Origin: Deltaproteobacteria bacterium
Lineage (GTDB): Bacteria; Myxococcota_A; UBA9160; SMWR01
Assembly: GCA_032128115.1 (NCBI GenBank)
Contig: JAQBHB010000093.1
Coordinates: forward strand, 177,599 to 241,598
Direction of reading: 5' to 3'
DNA length: 64,000 nt
Shown: in pieces, positions 38,278-48,403 of the stretch
Position numbering within the stretch: position 1 is the first letter of the stretch
Layout of the letters: each line of letters starts with the position of its first letter
The notes under the pieces: generated by a model
Databases searched by the model: none
What the model was told of the DNA's origin: nothing
Seen by the model: the letters and a program-made list of their open reading frames with translations, nothing else
Program-made: the position numbers and the translations under genes

Positions 38278-40019
38278 TCGCCGGGCTCGAGGTGCATGGC
38301 CTTGAACACGTCGAGGCCCGGCGCCCACAGGTGGGTCACCGGATCGACGTCCACGTGCACCACGGAGGGGAGGCCGCTGGCGACGCAGCGCTCGAGGGCC
38401 GGCCGAAGATCGCGGGCCCGCGACACGCGTTCACCGTGGGCTCCCATGGCGCGGGCAACCTGATCGAACCGGATCTCATGGAAATCCGTCCCGAGGTTGG
38501 TGCCCGGCGGCAGCACGCGCTCCCGGCCCATGGTTTCGGCGTCGAGAGCCATCGACTGGCTGAACTTCACCATGCCCCACTGCCGGTCGCAGAGAACGAG
38601 GAAGACGACGGGCAGCTCGTGGCGCACGGCCGTCTCGAGCTCCTGGACATGGAAGCCCATCGCCCCATCGCCCACGATCGCGTAGACCTGCCGGCCGGGG
38701 CAGGCGACCTGTGCGCCCAGGGCCTGGCCGAGACCGGCCCCGAGCATCCCGAACTTGAAGGTGCTGAGCAGGCTGCCGGGCGTGCGGTTCTCGTGGTAGA
38801 GATTGGCCCACACGGCGGTATTGCCACCATCGATCACCAGCACGGCGTCGTCGTCGAAGAACTCGCGACAGACGAGCGGTACGAAGGCGGAATGGAGCGG
38901 CGAGGCGTCCTCGTCCCGGGCGGCGCTGCGCAGGAAGGTCCGCAGGTCGCCGGCGCGCTTCGCCCAGTCGTCGATTCGGCGTTGGCGCGCGGAGAGGTCT
39001 CCGGTCTCGACGGTCTTGAGCTCCGCAAGCAGGGCCTCGGCGAACAACCGGACGTCGGCGAGCACCGCCAGGTCCACCGACCGGTTCAGGCCCAGGATCT
39101 CCTCGTCGCAGTCGACCTGGATTACGCGCTGCACGTCGGGCGCGCCCCAGTAGGGAGGCTTCCCCCACCAGTCGGTCTCCCCGAAGCGGGTGCCCAGAGC
39201 GAGCACGACATCGGCCTGACGGCGGACCTCGTCGATGAGCGGTGGGAGCATGGGGATCTTGTTCGGGAGCCGCTCGTCGATGGCAGGCCTCCCGCCGAAG
39301 CTCGTGGTGATGGGAGCCCGCAGTGTGCGTGCCAGCTCCTCGACCGGCGCCGCCGCGTCGCCATGGATCACGCCGCTCCCCACCTGCAGCAGCGGCAGTT
39401 CGGCGTTGGCGAGAATCTCGGCGGCACGCCGCACCTGGTGCCCGGCCGGAGCCAACGGCTCGCAGCGGCGGTAGCGCGGCGGCTCGAGGATCGGCGGCGC
39501 GTGCTCGACCACGCCATTCAGCACGTCCTCTGTAACCGTCACGTGCACGGCCCCGGGTCGGCCCTGGAAGGAGATGCGGAAGGCCCGGTGCATGACCTCC
39601 GCGATGCGATCGGTACTCCGAGCGGAACCGCTCCACTTGGCCATGGGCCGCATCACGGCGACCTGGTCGAAGTACTGGTAGGTGCCCCCGCGGTCCGGGC
39701 CAACGATGGGCGAGCGGCGCCAACTCGTGAGCACCAGTACCCGATTGCCCTCGCCGTTCTCGACGGCCACCCCCGGCAGGATGTTCGCGGCCCCCGGCCC
39801 GTTGCTGGCCATGCAGACGCCGATCCGACCGGTGAGCCGCGCATAGGCGCCCGCCATGTGGGCAGCACTGGACTCGTGGCGCGGGGACACCAGGCGAATG
39901 CCCTCCTGCCGGAGTCCTTCGCAAAGACCGAAGTACGAGCCGTCGACGATGCCGAAGACGACCTCGACCCTCTCGGCGCGGAGCATGCGCGCCACGATGT
40001 GCCCACCTGTGATGGCCAT
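38274..40019 (-). CDS. thiamine pyrophosphate-dependent enzyme (acetolactate synthase-like fold)
   Basis: RHESSAAHMA, GRPGAVHV, GDGAMGF TPP motif. Confidence 0.9.
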   Translation of the reverse strand: MAITGGHIVARMLRAERVEVVFGIVDGSYFGLCEGLRQEGIRLVSPRHESSAAHMAGAYARLTGRIGVCMASNGPGAANILPGVAVENGEGNRVLVLTSWRRSPIVGPDRGGTYQYFDQVAVMRPMAKWSGSARSTDRIAEVMHRAFRISFQGRPGAVHVTVTEDVLNGVVEHAPPILEPPRYRRCEPLAPAGHQVRRAAEILANAELPLLQVGSGVIHGDAAAPVEELARTLRAPITTSFGGRPAIDERLPNKIPMLPPLIDEVRRQADVVLALGTRFGETDWWGKPPYWGAPDVQRVIQVDCDEEILGLNRSVDLAVLADVRLFAEALLAELKTVETGDLSARQRRIDDWAKRAGDLRTFLRSAARDEDASPLHSAFVPLVCREFFDDDAVLVIDGGNTAVWANLYHENRTPGSLLSTFKFGMLGAGLGQALGAQVACPGRQVYAIVGDGAMGFHVQELETAVRHELPVVFLVLCDRQWGMVKFSQSMALDAETMGRERVLPPGTNLGTDFHEIRFDQVARAMGAHGERVSRARDLRPALERCVASGLPSVVHVDVDPVTHLWAPGLDVFKAMHLEPGE

Positions 40020-40348
40020 GGCGTTCCTCCAGAGGTGAGGCGCGGCGCCCCACGTCGGGCGCCAGTGCGCCACGCGGCGGGACAGCCTGCCCCTCCCAGA
40101 TGGGCCGAGCGGGCCCTCATCCAATCCCCCGTCAGCGGGAGCAAGAATCGCGCCGGAACGGTGGCGATCAGCAGAGCGGCGGAGGGTTGGCGGATGACGA
40201 CGATCCAGGCCTCAGTGAGCCCAGACCACTGCAACTCATCGCTGCTACGATTCTCCACCCGATCGCGCTGCCAAGCGAATCGCGCGACCCGACGGCATGA
40301 TGCTGGCGACGTGCCTGGCGCCGGCACCCTGCGAAACGGCGAGGCCAG

Positions 40349-42064
40349 GTGATGACGAACGTTAAGGGCTATCGGGTCGTGCGCGGACCGGACCGCATCG
40401 TGACGAGCAAGCGGGGCTTCTGGCTACTGAAGAACCCGTCGACCAACAAGGATCTCGCGTTCACCCAGGAGGAACGCGATCGGCTCGGTCTGAACGCACT
40501 GCTGCCCCCGCGAATCTGCAGCATCGAAGAGCAGGTCGAGCTCGAGATGGAGCACCTCGCCGCCAAGAGCGACGCGCTCGAGAAGTACATCGGGCTGGCG
40601 GCTCTCCTGGAGCGCAACGAGGTCCTCTTCTACCGCGTGCTGGTGGAGCACCTGGCCGACCTGATGCCCATCGTCTACACGCCAACGGTGGGGCAGGCCT
40701 GTCAGAGCTACAGCCACATCCACCGCAACGTGCGTGGCATCTGGCTCACCCCCGACGACCTCGACGTCATTCCGGCGCGCCTGAGAGAGTATCCCTTCCA
40801 GGACATCCGACTGATCGTGGCGACCGACAACGAGCGCATCCTCGGGCTGGGCGACCAGGGGGCCGGCGGGATGGGGATCCCGATTGGCAAGCTTGCACTC
40901 TACGTGGCGGGTGCGGGCATCCATCCCTCGAAGGCGTTGCCGATCAGTCTCGATGTCGGAACCGATAACGCAGAGCTACTCGAGGACCCCTTCTACATCG
41001 GGTACCCGAAGCGCCGTCTGCGCGGGGAGGCCTATGCTGCGTTCATGGAGGCCTTCGTGGAGGGCGTTCGCGAGGTGTTCCCGAACGCGGTCCTCCAGTG
41101 GGAGGATTTCCACAAGCACCACGCCTTCGAGCTGCTCGCCAACTACCGCAAGCGCCTGCCATGCTTCAACGACGACATCCAGGGCACGGCGGCGGTCGTG
41201 GTCGCTGGGGTGCTCGCGGGTCTGCGTATCACCGGTCAGCCGCTTGCGGAGCAGCGCTTCGTCTACATGGGCGCCGGCGAGGCCTGCTCGGGGACCCGCG
41301 ACCTCCTCTGCGTCGCGATGCGCGCCGAGGGCGTGTCGGACGACGCGATCGCCCGCTCGCACCTGCTCTTCGACAGCAAGGGCCTGATTCGCGACGACGG
41401 CAGCGAGCGTGATCCCCACAAGGCCGCGCTGGCTGCAACGCGTTCGGTGTTGTCGCACTACGGCATCGATGCGCTCGCGGACCCGCGGCCAGAAGACGTG
41501 ATCCGGCTGATGAAGCCCACGGTGCTGATCGGTGCGACGGCACGGGCGGGTGCGTTCACCAGGGCAATGATCGAGGAGATGGCGAAGCACGTGGAACGAC
41601 CGATCATCTTCCCGCTCTCGAACCCGACGAGCAAGGCCGAGTGCACCCCGTCGGAGGCCCTCGAATGGAGCGGGGGCCGAGCCATCGTGGCGACGGGCAG
41701 CCCGTTCGCCGACGTCCACCACGAGGGTGTCCGCCACGTGATCGGACAGGCCAACAACGTCTTCGTGTTTCCGGGAGTCGGACTCGGCGTGATCCTGTCG
41801 GAGATGCGCGAGGTGCCCAACGGTGTCTTCCATGCCGCGGCGAAGGCCCTCGCCGCGAGCATCGACGACGAGCGGCTGAAACTCGGGGCGCTCTTCCCGG
41901 ACCAGTCCGAGTTGCGGGAAACCAGCGCGCGCGTGGCGGCCGCCGTGATCCGCCACGGCGGCGAGAATCACCTCGGCCGGCCCATCCCTGACGCCGAGGT
42001 CGAGGAGGTGGTGCGGGCGTCGATGTGGTTCCCAGACTACGTCCCAGCCGTTCCGCGGTCGTGA
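40349..42064 (+). CDS. maeA: NAD-dependent malic enzyme
   Basis: MPIVYTPTVG, ERILGLGDQG, QWEDF, FNDDIQGT, PLSNPT, QANNVFVFPG. Confidence 0.93.
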   Translation: MMTNVKGYRVVRGPDRIVTSKRGFWLLKNPSTNKDLAFTQEERDRLGLNALLPPRICSIEEQVELEMEHLAAKSDALEKYIGLAALLERNEVLFYRVLVEHLADLMPIVYTPTVGQACQSYSHIHRNVRGIWLTPDDLDVIPARLREYPFQDIRLIVATDNERILGLGDQGAGGMGIPIGKLALYVAGAGIHPSKALPISLDVGTDNAELLEDPFYIGYPKRRLRGEAYAAFMEAFVEGVREVFPNAVLQWEDFHKHHAFELLANYRKRLPCFNDDIQGTAAVVVAGVLAGLRITGQPLAEQRFVYMGAGEACSGTRDLLCVAMRAEGVSDDAIARSHLLFDSKGLIRDDGSERDPHKAALAATRSVLSHYGIDALADPRPEDVIRLMKPTVLIGATARAGAFTRAMIEEMAKHVERPIIFPLSNPTSKAECTPSEALEWSGGRAIVATGSPFADVHHEGVRHVIGQANNVFVFPGVGLGVILSEMREVPNGVFHAAAKALAASIDDERLKLGALFPDQSELRETSARVAAAVIRHGGENHLGRPIPDAEVEEVVRASMWFPDYVPAVPRS

Positions 42065-42077
42065 GGGACGCTCTGAC

Positions 42078-43214
42078 TCAGACCATCCGCTCCATCCGGC
42101 GGCGTCGGCCGCCCAGAGCCGAGATGCGCGCGCCCAGCTCGAGCTTGAGAAGTCCGTAGAGCGCGACGAGCAGGAAGATCAACAGGCCGGCCACGAGGGG
42201 ACGACTGTGCTCGCGTTTCTCGAAGACGAGCCCCGCTCCCACGGGCGGAACTTCCGTGGGATCGATGGGCAGCCCGTAGCGCTCGGCCAGCGCCACCACC
42301 TTCGACAGGTTGACCACGGGCACGCCATCCCCGAGGAATCGCATCATGACGCTGTCCACGCCGAGGCCCCGCGGATCGGGCCTGCGGTTGAGGCCCGGGC
42401 GGTAGAGGCGCTTCACGGACTTCGGGCCGGTCGACACCAGGGAGCCACCCACGTTGATGTAGGCCACGAAGCGGCGGCCAGCCGCATGCTCATTGTAGAT
42501 CTCCATGCGTCGATCGATGCTCGCGACCGGGTCCTTCGCGTCGAGGAACGGGATCCCGTTGCGTTCGACCGCGTCGCGCAGGCGTTTCCGTCCCGAGGAC
42601 GGAAGTCCGATGGCCCGATCCTGTGTGCCGCCCAGAGAGGCCGCCACGGACGCTCCGGGGATCAGCTCGGCCTCGACCAGGAGCTGCTCCATGTCGAGCC
42701 AGGTGAAGGCGGGGAGGTTGGCGCCGAAGCTCGAAGCTCCGACCCCCGCGATCGTCACGACCTCGAGCCCGAGCACGTCGGCGGCGGTCAGGGCCGCCAG
42801 GTTCAACGCCGGGAAGGAGCCCGACACTCCCACTGCCACCAGGTCGCCCTTTCTCACTCCGGCATCCATCAGGAGGTCGATCACCACAGCCGCCCAGTTG
42901 GGGTTCGCGGAGGTCCGCTTCGCCTCAAGGGAGCCGGTGCTCGTGGTCGTGGTGGAGTTCGCCAGCCCGATCATGCCCGAATCCGCGGGGTCCACCTCCC
43001 GGTCCACCGGGGCCACGTTGCGGACCCGGTGGATCCGCAGGGCCTCCATGCCGCGACCCATCCTGTTCGCCGCCTCCAGCTTCGCCTCGAAGTGTGGCTG
43101 GACGTAGATCACCTGGAAGCGCTCGGCCGACAGGAGAGATGCAACGGCGATCATCGCCACCACCACGTGCACCAGGTTCGACACATGGGCCGGTCGCCAA
43201 TAGAGCTTCTGCAC
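42078..43214 (-). CDS. pgsW: poly-gamma-glutamate system protein (PgsW-like)
   Basis: GSLEAKRTSANPNWAA, GVSGSFPALN, GASSFGAN, FTWLDME, YINVGGS; directly after pgsC. Confidence 0.85.
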   Translation of the reverse strand: MQKLYWRPAHVSNLVHVVVAMIAVASLLSAERFQVIYVQPHFEAKLEAANRMGRGMEALRIHRVRNVAPVDREVDPADSGMIGLANSTTTTSTGSLEAKRTSANPNWAAVVIDLLMDAGVRKGDLVAVGVSGSFPALNLAALTAADVLGLEVVTIAGVGASSFGANLPAFTWLDMEQLLVEAELIPGASVAASLGGTQDRAIGLPSSGRKRLRDAVERNGIPFLDAKDPVASIDRRMEIYNEHAAGRRFVAYINVGGSLVSTGPKSVKRLYRPGLNRRPDPRGLGVDSVMMRFLGDGVPVVNLSKVVALAERYGLPIDPTEVPPVGAGLVFEKREHSRPLVAGLLIFLLVALYGLLKLELGARISALGGRRRRMERMV

Positions 43215-43216
43215 GC

Positions 43217-43663
43217 CTAGCCCCCCAGAATGAGCAGACCCGACAGACTGGTCAGGATGCTCGCTGTGATGGCGGAGCTCAAGGTCACCACGATTCCCTG
43301 CCGGTCCATCCAGATCGCCAGCAGCCCGGGAACGATCTGGCCGATCACGTCGATCTCGAAGGGGCCGATGGGCGTGCCGACGCCGAGCCCGATGCGGACG
43401 AGGGAGCCCAGCAGGAAGCTGATCAGGAGCATCAGGACCGTGCGGCGCCGGCCGTAGATGATCATCACCGTTGCCAGTACCCGCACCACGAAGAAGGTCA
43501 GCAGGCTGATCCCCAGGGTGAGGGCCATCACGACCGGATCGTCGATGCCAAGTGCGAGGTAGCCCGGCACGATGATGCCACCCGGGGCCACGCCGAAGAC
43601 CTCCGCGTAGAGCAGGCTCACCGCGAGGCCGATGCCGATGTAGAGAACGTACGCGTCCGTCAA
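43217..43663 (-). CDS. pgsC: poly-gamma-glutamate biosynthesis protein PgsC/CapC
   Basis: IGIGLAVSLLYAEVFGVAPGGIIVPGYLAL, IYGRRR, IVPGLLAIWMDRQG; TTG overlaps pgsB stop. Confidence 0.92.
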   Translation of the reverse strand: MTDAYVLYIGIGLAVSLLYAEVFGVAPGGIIVPGYLALGIDDPVVMALTLGISLLTFFVVRVLATVMIIYGRRRTVLMLLISFLLGSLVRIGLGVGTPIGPFEIDVIGQIVPGLLAIWMDRQGIVVTLSSAITASILTSLSGLLILGG

Positions 43664-44871
43664 GCGGCGTCGGCCTCGGCGTCTTCGGGCAGACGCGCCC
43701 GGTTGCGGAAATATTGCAGCAGCTCGAAGCCGATGCCGGCGATGTTTCCGGCGCCCATCACGACAGCGGTCTGCCCACAGGCGCCCAGGATGTCCTCGAA
43801 GACGACAGCCGGGCTCTCCCCCTCGAGCGGCTTCAGCAGTGTCGAGCTCAGCCCGGAAGCCACGGCGGTGCGGGCCAGGGGGTAGGTCCCCGTGCCCACC
43901 AGGAAGTAGTGGTCCGCGTGCACCCAGGTGGGAAGCGCCTCGCCCAGTTGGCGCGAGCGATCGGGTCGGTCGAGTCGGCAGTTGATCACCATGATGCGTG
44001 TCCGCACCCGGGGATGGCGCGCCAGGGTGAGGTTCCAGATTCTCTCCGTTGCGATGGGGTCGTTCGCGGCGAAGCCGTTCACGAACACGACCTTCCTCCC
44101 GAAGAAATCGAGCTCGTACTCGCTCAGGGCTCCTGCGTCGGGCGCCGCGCGGACCATCCCTTCCAGCGCCACGTCGCGTGCGATCCCGAGCCGCTCGGCT
44201 ACCGAGAGCGCCAGCGCCACGTTTTCTTTGTGCTCCAGATAGCTGAAACGCGCCATGTCCTCGTCGCTGATCTCCGCCACGGCATCGGCTCCGATGACGA
44301 CGAGCTGGCTCCCGCGGTCGGCGCACGCCGTTTCGAACAGTGACAGATGCTCTTTCTCCGCGGTGAAGAGCGTTCCTCCCACTGGACAGGTACCCGCAAG
44401 CGCGAGAGCCACGTCGCGCCCGGTCGGTCCCATCACGTCCAGGTGGTCCGGCCAGGCATTGCAGATCACTCCGTGGGTCGAGCGAACCATCCTGAGCTCG
44501 CACACGGACTGGAGCCGCGGCTGGAGCGCCATGCACTCGATCACGACCGCCTGGGCACCCTCGCGCGCCGCGATCGCCAGGATCCTGAGCTGCTCGATCA
44601 CATTCGTCATTCCGGGTCGATAGACGGGTAACTCGGTTCCGTCGGGCGCGATCAGTCGAGCCAGGGAACCGGTGGTCTTGGCGTACACGGTGAGGCCGTG
44701 GGCGCGCAGCGCCGCGGCGATGAGCCGGACGACGGACGACTTGCCCCGCGTCCCGTTCACGTGGATGCGGATCGGGATCGAGGTGATCTGCCGGACATGG
44801 GCCCGGTACTCGAAGGCGCCGAGCGCAAGGATCGCGACCACGAGTAGCGACAGGGCCAGCGGGATCGTCAC
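43660..44871 (-). CDS. pgsB: poly-gamma-glutamate synthase PgsB/CapB
   Basis: IPIRIHVNGTRGKSSV, AKTTG, ECMALQP, DHLDVMGPT, VNGFAANDP. Confidence 0.95.
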   Translation of the reverse strand: MTIPLALSLLVVAILALGAFEYRAHVRQITSIPIRIHVNGTRGKSSVVRLIAAALRAHGLTVYAKTTGSLARLIAPDGTELPVYRPGMTNVIEQLRILAIAAREGAQAVVIECMALQPRLQSVCELRMVRSTHGVICNAWPDHLDVMGPTGRDVALALAGTCPVGGTLFTAEKEHLSLFETACADRGSQLVVIGADAVAEISDEDMARFSYLEHKENVALALSVAERLGIARDVALEGMVRAAPDAGALSEYELDFFGRKVVFVNGFAANDPIATERIWNLTLARHPRVRTRIMVINCRLDRPDRSRQLGEALPTWVHADHYFLVGTGTYPLARTAVASGLSSTLLKPLEGESPAVVFEDILGACGQTAVVMGAGNIAGIGFELLQYFRNRARLPEDAEADAA

Positions 44872-44947
44872 GCCCCTATGCTCGCACGAACCGGGATCGG
44901 GTACCATTTGCATTCCTTGGGCAGGACGGACGGGTGCGCGGCGCGAC

Positions 44948-47900
44948 ATGATGCTCCGAAACGTTGGAAAACAGGCCGTGGGGTTGCGGAGTCTCGCCCT
45001 TCCGCTGGTGGCATGGTTGGCCATCACCCTGGCGGGTAGCGCCGGAGCCCAGGGAGGCGCCGGGCCCGCTCCTGCGGCTTCCGCGGGGGCCACCGCAACA
45101 GCCGAGGTCCAGGGCGAGATCGCGCGCCTCGAGGGGCTTCGCGCGGAGTGGGTGGCGCGCAGCGCCGAACTGGCGCAGGCGCGTCAGAGCGCTCCGGAGG
45201 TTCTGGCGGCAATCGATGCCGAGATCGCGAAGCTCGAGCGGCGCAAGGTCGCCCGCATCGACGCGGACCTCCCGCTCGGGGAACTCGAGACCGAGCTGAT
45301 CGTCATCAAGCAGGACCTCATTCTCGCGCGCAAGGAGGCCTCGGCACTCGAGGCCGAGGCTGCGGGCCGCGCCGAACGCCGCAAGCAGATCCCGGAGCTG
45401 CTCGCGACCGCCAAGGAACGGCTGCTGGCTCTCGAAGGAGAGAGGCCCGCGCCGGCAGGCGAGCCCGGCCTCGTCGAGGCCCGGCAGCGACTCGCGCGGG
45501 TCCGGCGCGAGGCGATCCAGCACGAGATCGAGGCCTACGAGGAAGAGCTCCGCAGCTACGACGCCCGCGGCCAGCTGCTCGCGAGGCGCCGCGAACGGTC
45601 GGCCCTGGTCATGGCATCCCTCGAGAGGCAGAGCGAAGCGCTGAGGGGCGCCCTCGCCGGCCGGCGCCAGGGAGAAGCGGAGATCGCCGCGGAAGATGCC
45701 GAGCGCCTGCTCGAGTCCGCCGAGGCCATGCCGCCGGCTGTCCTGGAGATGATGCGAGGTCTCGCCGAGCAGAACCGGGAGCTCGCGCTCCGCCGCACGG
45801 GCGAGGACGGGCTGCTCCAGCGCATCGAGGACACGCGAAGCAAGCTCGACCGTGCGGAAGCGCAGGTCGCCACCCTCACAGCCGACCTCGAGCATCTGCG
45901 GCGCAACGTGGAAGCCGCAGGTCTGTCGGGCTCGGTGGGCCTGGTGCTCCGCAAAGCGAGATCCGACGCGCCCGACCTGGGCAAGTATCGCCGCTTCATT
46001 CGCATGCGGCGCGATCAGATCGGCGAGGTCCAGCTCCAGCAGATCGAGCTGGTCGACCGGAGGCAGGCCCTTGCGGACGTGGACGAGATCGTCGAAGAGA
46101 AGATGGCCGCATTCGAATTCCTGTTCTCGCCCAGAGACCGCGTCGTCGTCGCTGCGCACTTGCGGCATCTCCTCGAGACGCAGCGCCGCTACCTCGATAC
46201 CCTGATCGCCGACACCGAGACCTACTTCCAGGAGCTCGTCGACTTCAACGCCCGCCAGCGGGAACTCGTCAGCCGCACGGAATCCCTGCTGCGCTTCATC
46301 GACGAACGCGTCCTCTGGATCCCCAGCGGCGAGGCGCTTCCGCCCACCCTGATGACCGACGCACGGGACGCGCTGGCCTGGCTGCTTGCGCCGCGCCTCT
46401 GGGGCCAGGTTCTGCGCGCCTTCAGCGCCTCGATCGCTCGTGCACCACTGTCCTACGCATGCGCGGCCCTGCTTCTGTTCGCGGCTCCGTTCGCCTGGCC
46501 TCGCATTCGCAGCCGGATCGCGAAGCTCGGCGAGCAGGCCAGCGCGCCCACCTGCTTCCGCATCGGTCCCACCGGCGGGGCACTGTTCCTTTCGCTGCTT
46601 CTGGCGGTCTGGGGGCCCGGGCTGCTCGCGTTCCTGGGATGGCGCATCGCAGCCTCCATCGACGCCACGCAGTTCGTGCGCTGCACTGCCCAGGGCCTGC
46701 AGGCAGCTGCGCTCGTCTGGGCCACGCTTCTGGTTCCGCGCCAGCTGCTTCGAAATCGCGGCATCGCCCAGTCCCATCTCGGGTGGCCCGAATTGCCGTC
46801 GCGCGATCTGCGCCGGCACCTGGGATGGCTGGCCGCGGTGGCCGTCCCCGCGGTGTTCGTGATGGGGACCTTCGAGCTGCGCGCCGAGGACGCGTGGATC
46901 GAATCGATCGGTCGAGCGACGTTCGTGGTGGCGATGGGCGCGGTGCTTGTCTTCAACCACCTAGTCCTGCGCGAGAATCGGGGAGCGCTGCGGCGCCTCA
47001 TCGGGTCCCGACCGGAGCTGGCCGTTCCCCCCTGGACATTGCGCATCCTGCACGGCTCCGCCCTGGTCGTGGTGTTCGCACTCGCCGCGGCCGCGGTTCG
47101 CGGCTACTCGTGGACCGCTCTTCAGCTGGCGGCATCCCTTCACGTGACACTCGTCTTCCTGATGCTGCTGGTTTTCACCCAACAGCTGGGCGCCCGCTGG
47201 TTTCTCGTGGCCAGTCGACGCCTCGCCCTGAACCGCTGGCGAATGGCACAGATTGCGCTCGAAGAGAAGCGGCAGGCGACCCCGGATACCCCGGCTCCCG
47301 AGCCGAAGGACGCGGAGGTCGCCCTCGCGACCGTCGACGAGCACACGAGTCGCATCCTCAAGAACGGGGCGCTTCTCGCAGCGCTGATCGGTGTCTGGAT
47401 GATCTGGGCGGACCTCTTCCCCGTCACCGGAGCCTTGCGCTCGGTGGAGCTATGGAATATGGCCGTCACCACGAGCGTCGAGATGACGAACGCCGCTGGT
47501 GAAAGCATCTCCAGTGTCGAGACGAGACTGGTTCCGATCACGCTTGCCGATCTGCTGCGTGCGCTCGTGATCGCCGCCGTGACCCTCGCACTCGCTCGCA
47601 ATCTGCCGGGCTTGCTGGAAGTCTCGATGTTTCGGCAGCTGAGGACCGCCGCCGGGGAGCGCTACGCCTACACCACCATCGGCAAGTACGCCATCACGGT
47701 CGCGGGCATCGCCCTGGCGCTCAACGCGGTGGGCATCGGCTGGTCCAGCATCCAATGGCTCGTTGCGGCCGTGGGCATCGGCCTCGGCTTCGGACTCCAG
47801 GAGATCTTCGCGAACTTCATCTCGGGGCTGATCATCCTCTTCGAGCGACCGATTCGTGTGGGCGATACGGTAACGGTCGGCGACGTGAGCGGAACCGTTT

Positions 47901-48355
47901 CGAAGATCCGGATCCGTGCCACCTGGATCACGGGATTCGATCGCAAGGAGCTGGTGGTTCCCAACAAGGAATTCGTCACCAACCGGCTCGTCAACTGGTC
48001 CCTCTCGGACCCGGTCCTGCGTGTGGAGATATGCGTGGGAATCGCCTACGGGTCAGACACCGAAAAGGCGTGCCGGGTGCTGCAGGAGTGCGCGAAGAGG
48101 AACCCGCACGTCCTGAAGGAGCCTCAACCGATCGTGTTGTTTCGCGGCTTCGGAGAGAGTTCGCTCGACTTCGAGCTGCGCGCCTTCAGCCCCGACGTGG
48201 CGCACTACCTGACGATCAGGCACGAGCTGCACATGGAGATCGACCGCGCCTTCCGGGCAGAGGGCATCGAGATCGCCTTTCCCCAGCGCGATCTGCACCT
48301 GCGGTCGGTCCCCGCGCTTCGGGGCGCCGAGAAGGAAAGCCCCCAGGAATCGTGA
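44948..48355 (+). CDS. large MscS-family mechanosensitive channel, MscK/KefA-like
   Basis: signal peptide, long coiled coil, TM bundle, GLGFGLQEIFANFISGLIILFERPIRVGD, IEIAFPQRDLH. Confidence 0.92.
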   Translation: MMLRNVGKQAVGLRSLALPLVAWLAITLAGSAGAQGGAGPAPAASAGATATAEVQGEIARLEGLRAEWVARSAELAQARQSAPEVLAAIDAEIAKLERRKVARIDADLPLGELETELIVIKQDLILARKEASALEAEAAGRAERRKQIPELLATAKERLLALEGERPAPAGEPGLVEARQRLARVRREAIQHEIEAYEEELRSYDARGQLLARRRERSALVMASLERQSEALRGALAGRRQGEAEIAAEDAERLLESAEAMPPAVLEMMRGLAEQNRELALRRTGEDGLLQRIEDTRSKLDRAEAQVATLTADLEHLRRNVEAAGLSGSVGLVLRKARSDAPDLGKYRRFIRMRRDQIGEVQLQQIELVDRRQALADVDEIVEEKMAAFEFLFSPRDRVVVAAHLRHLLETQRRYLDTLIADTETYFQELVDFNARQRELVSRTESLLRFIDERVLWIPSGEALPPTLMTDARDALAWLLAPRLWGQVLRAFSASIARAPLSYACAALLLFAAPFAWPRIRSRIAKLGEQASAPTCFRIGPTGGALFLSLLLAVWGPGLLAFLGWRIAASIDATQFVRCTAQGLQAAALVWATLLVPRQLLRNRGIAQSHLGWPELPSRDLRRHLGWLAAVAVPAVFVMGTFELRAEDAWIESIGRATFVVAMGAVLVFNHLVLRENRGALRRLIGSRPELAVPPWTLRILHGSALVVVFALAAAAVRGYSWTALQLAASLHVTLVFLMLLVFTQQLGARWFLVASRRLALNRWRMAQIALEEKRQATPDTPAPEPKDAEVALATVDEHTSRILKNGALLAALIGVWMIWADLFPVTGALRSVELWNMAVTTSVEMTNAAGESISSVETRLVPITLADLLRALVIAAVTLALARNLPGLLEVSMFRQLRTAAGERYAYTTIGKYAITVAGIALALNAVGIGWSSIQWLVAAVGIGLGFGLQEIFANFISGLIILFERPIRVGDTVTVGDVSGTVSKIRIRATWITGFDRKELVVPNKEFVTNRLVNWSLSDPVLRVEICVGIAYGSDTEKACRVLQECAKRNPHVLKEPQPIVLFRGFGESSLDFELRAFSPDVAHYLTIRHELHMEIDRAFRAEGIEIAFPQRDLHLRSVPALRGAEKESPQES

Positions 48356-48403
48356 CTGTGCTGGTACCATCGTCGTTGATCCGCACCCGTCAGGAGAACC
48401 GGG

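Noticed and set aside
148..46960. Long antisense/alternative-frame ORFs (e.g. 148-2865 -, 33052-36498 -, 38292-40352 +, 44876-46960 -)
   Set aside because: Shadow ORFs typical of high-GC DNA; they fully overlap well-supported genes and have no recognisable motifs.
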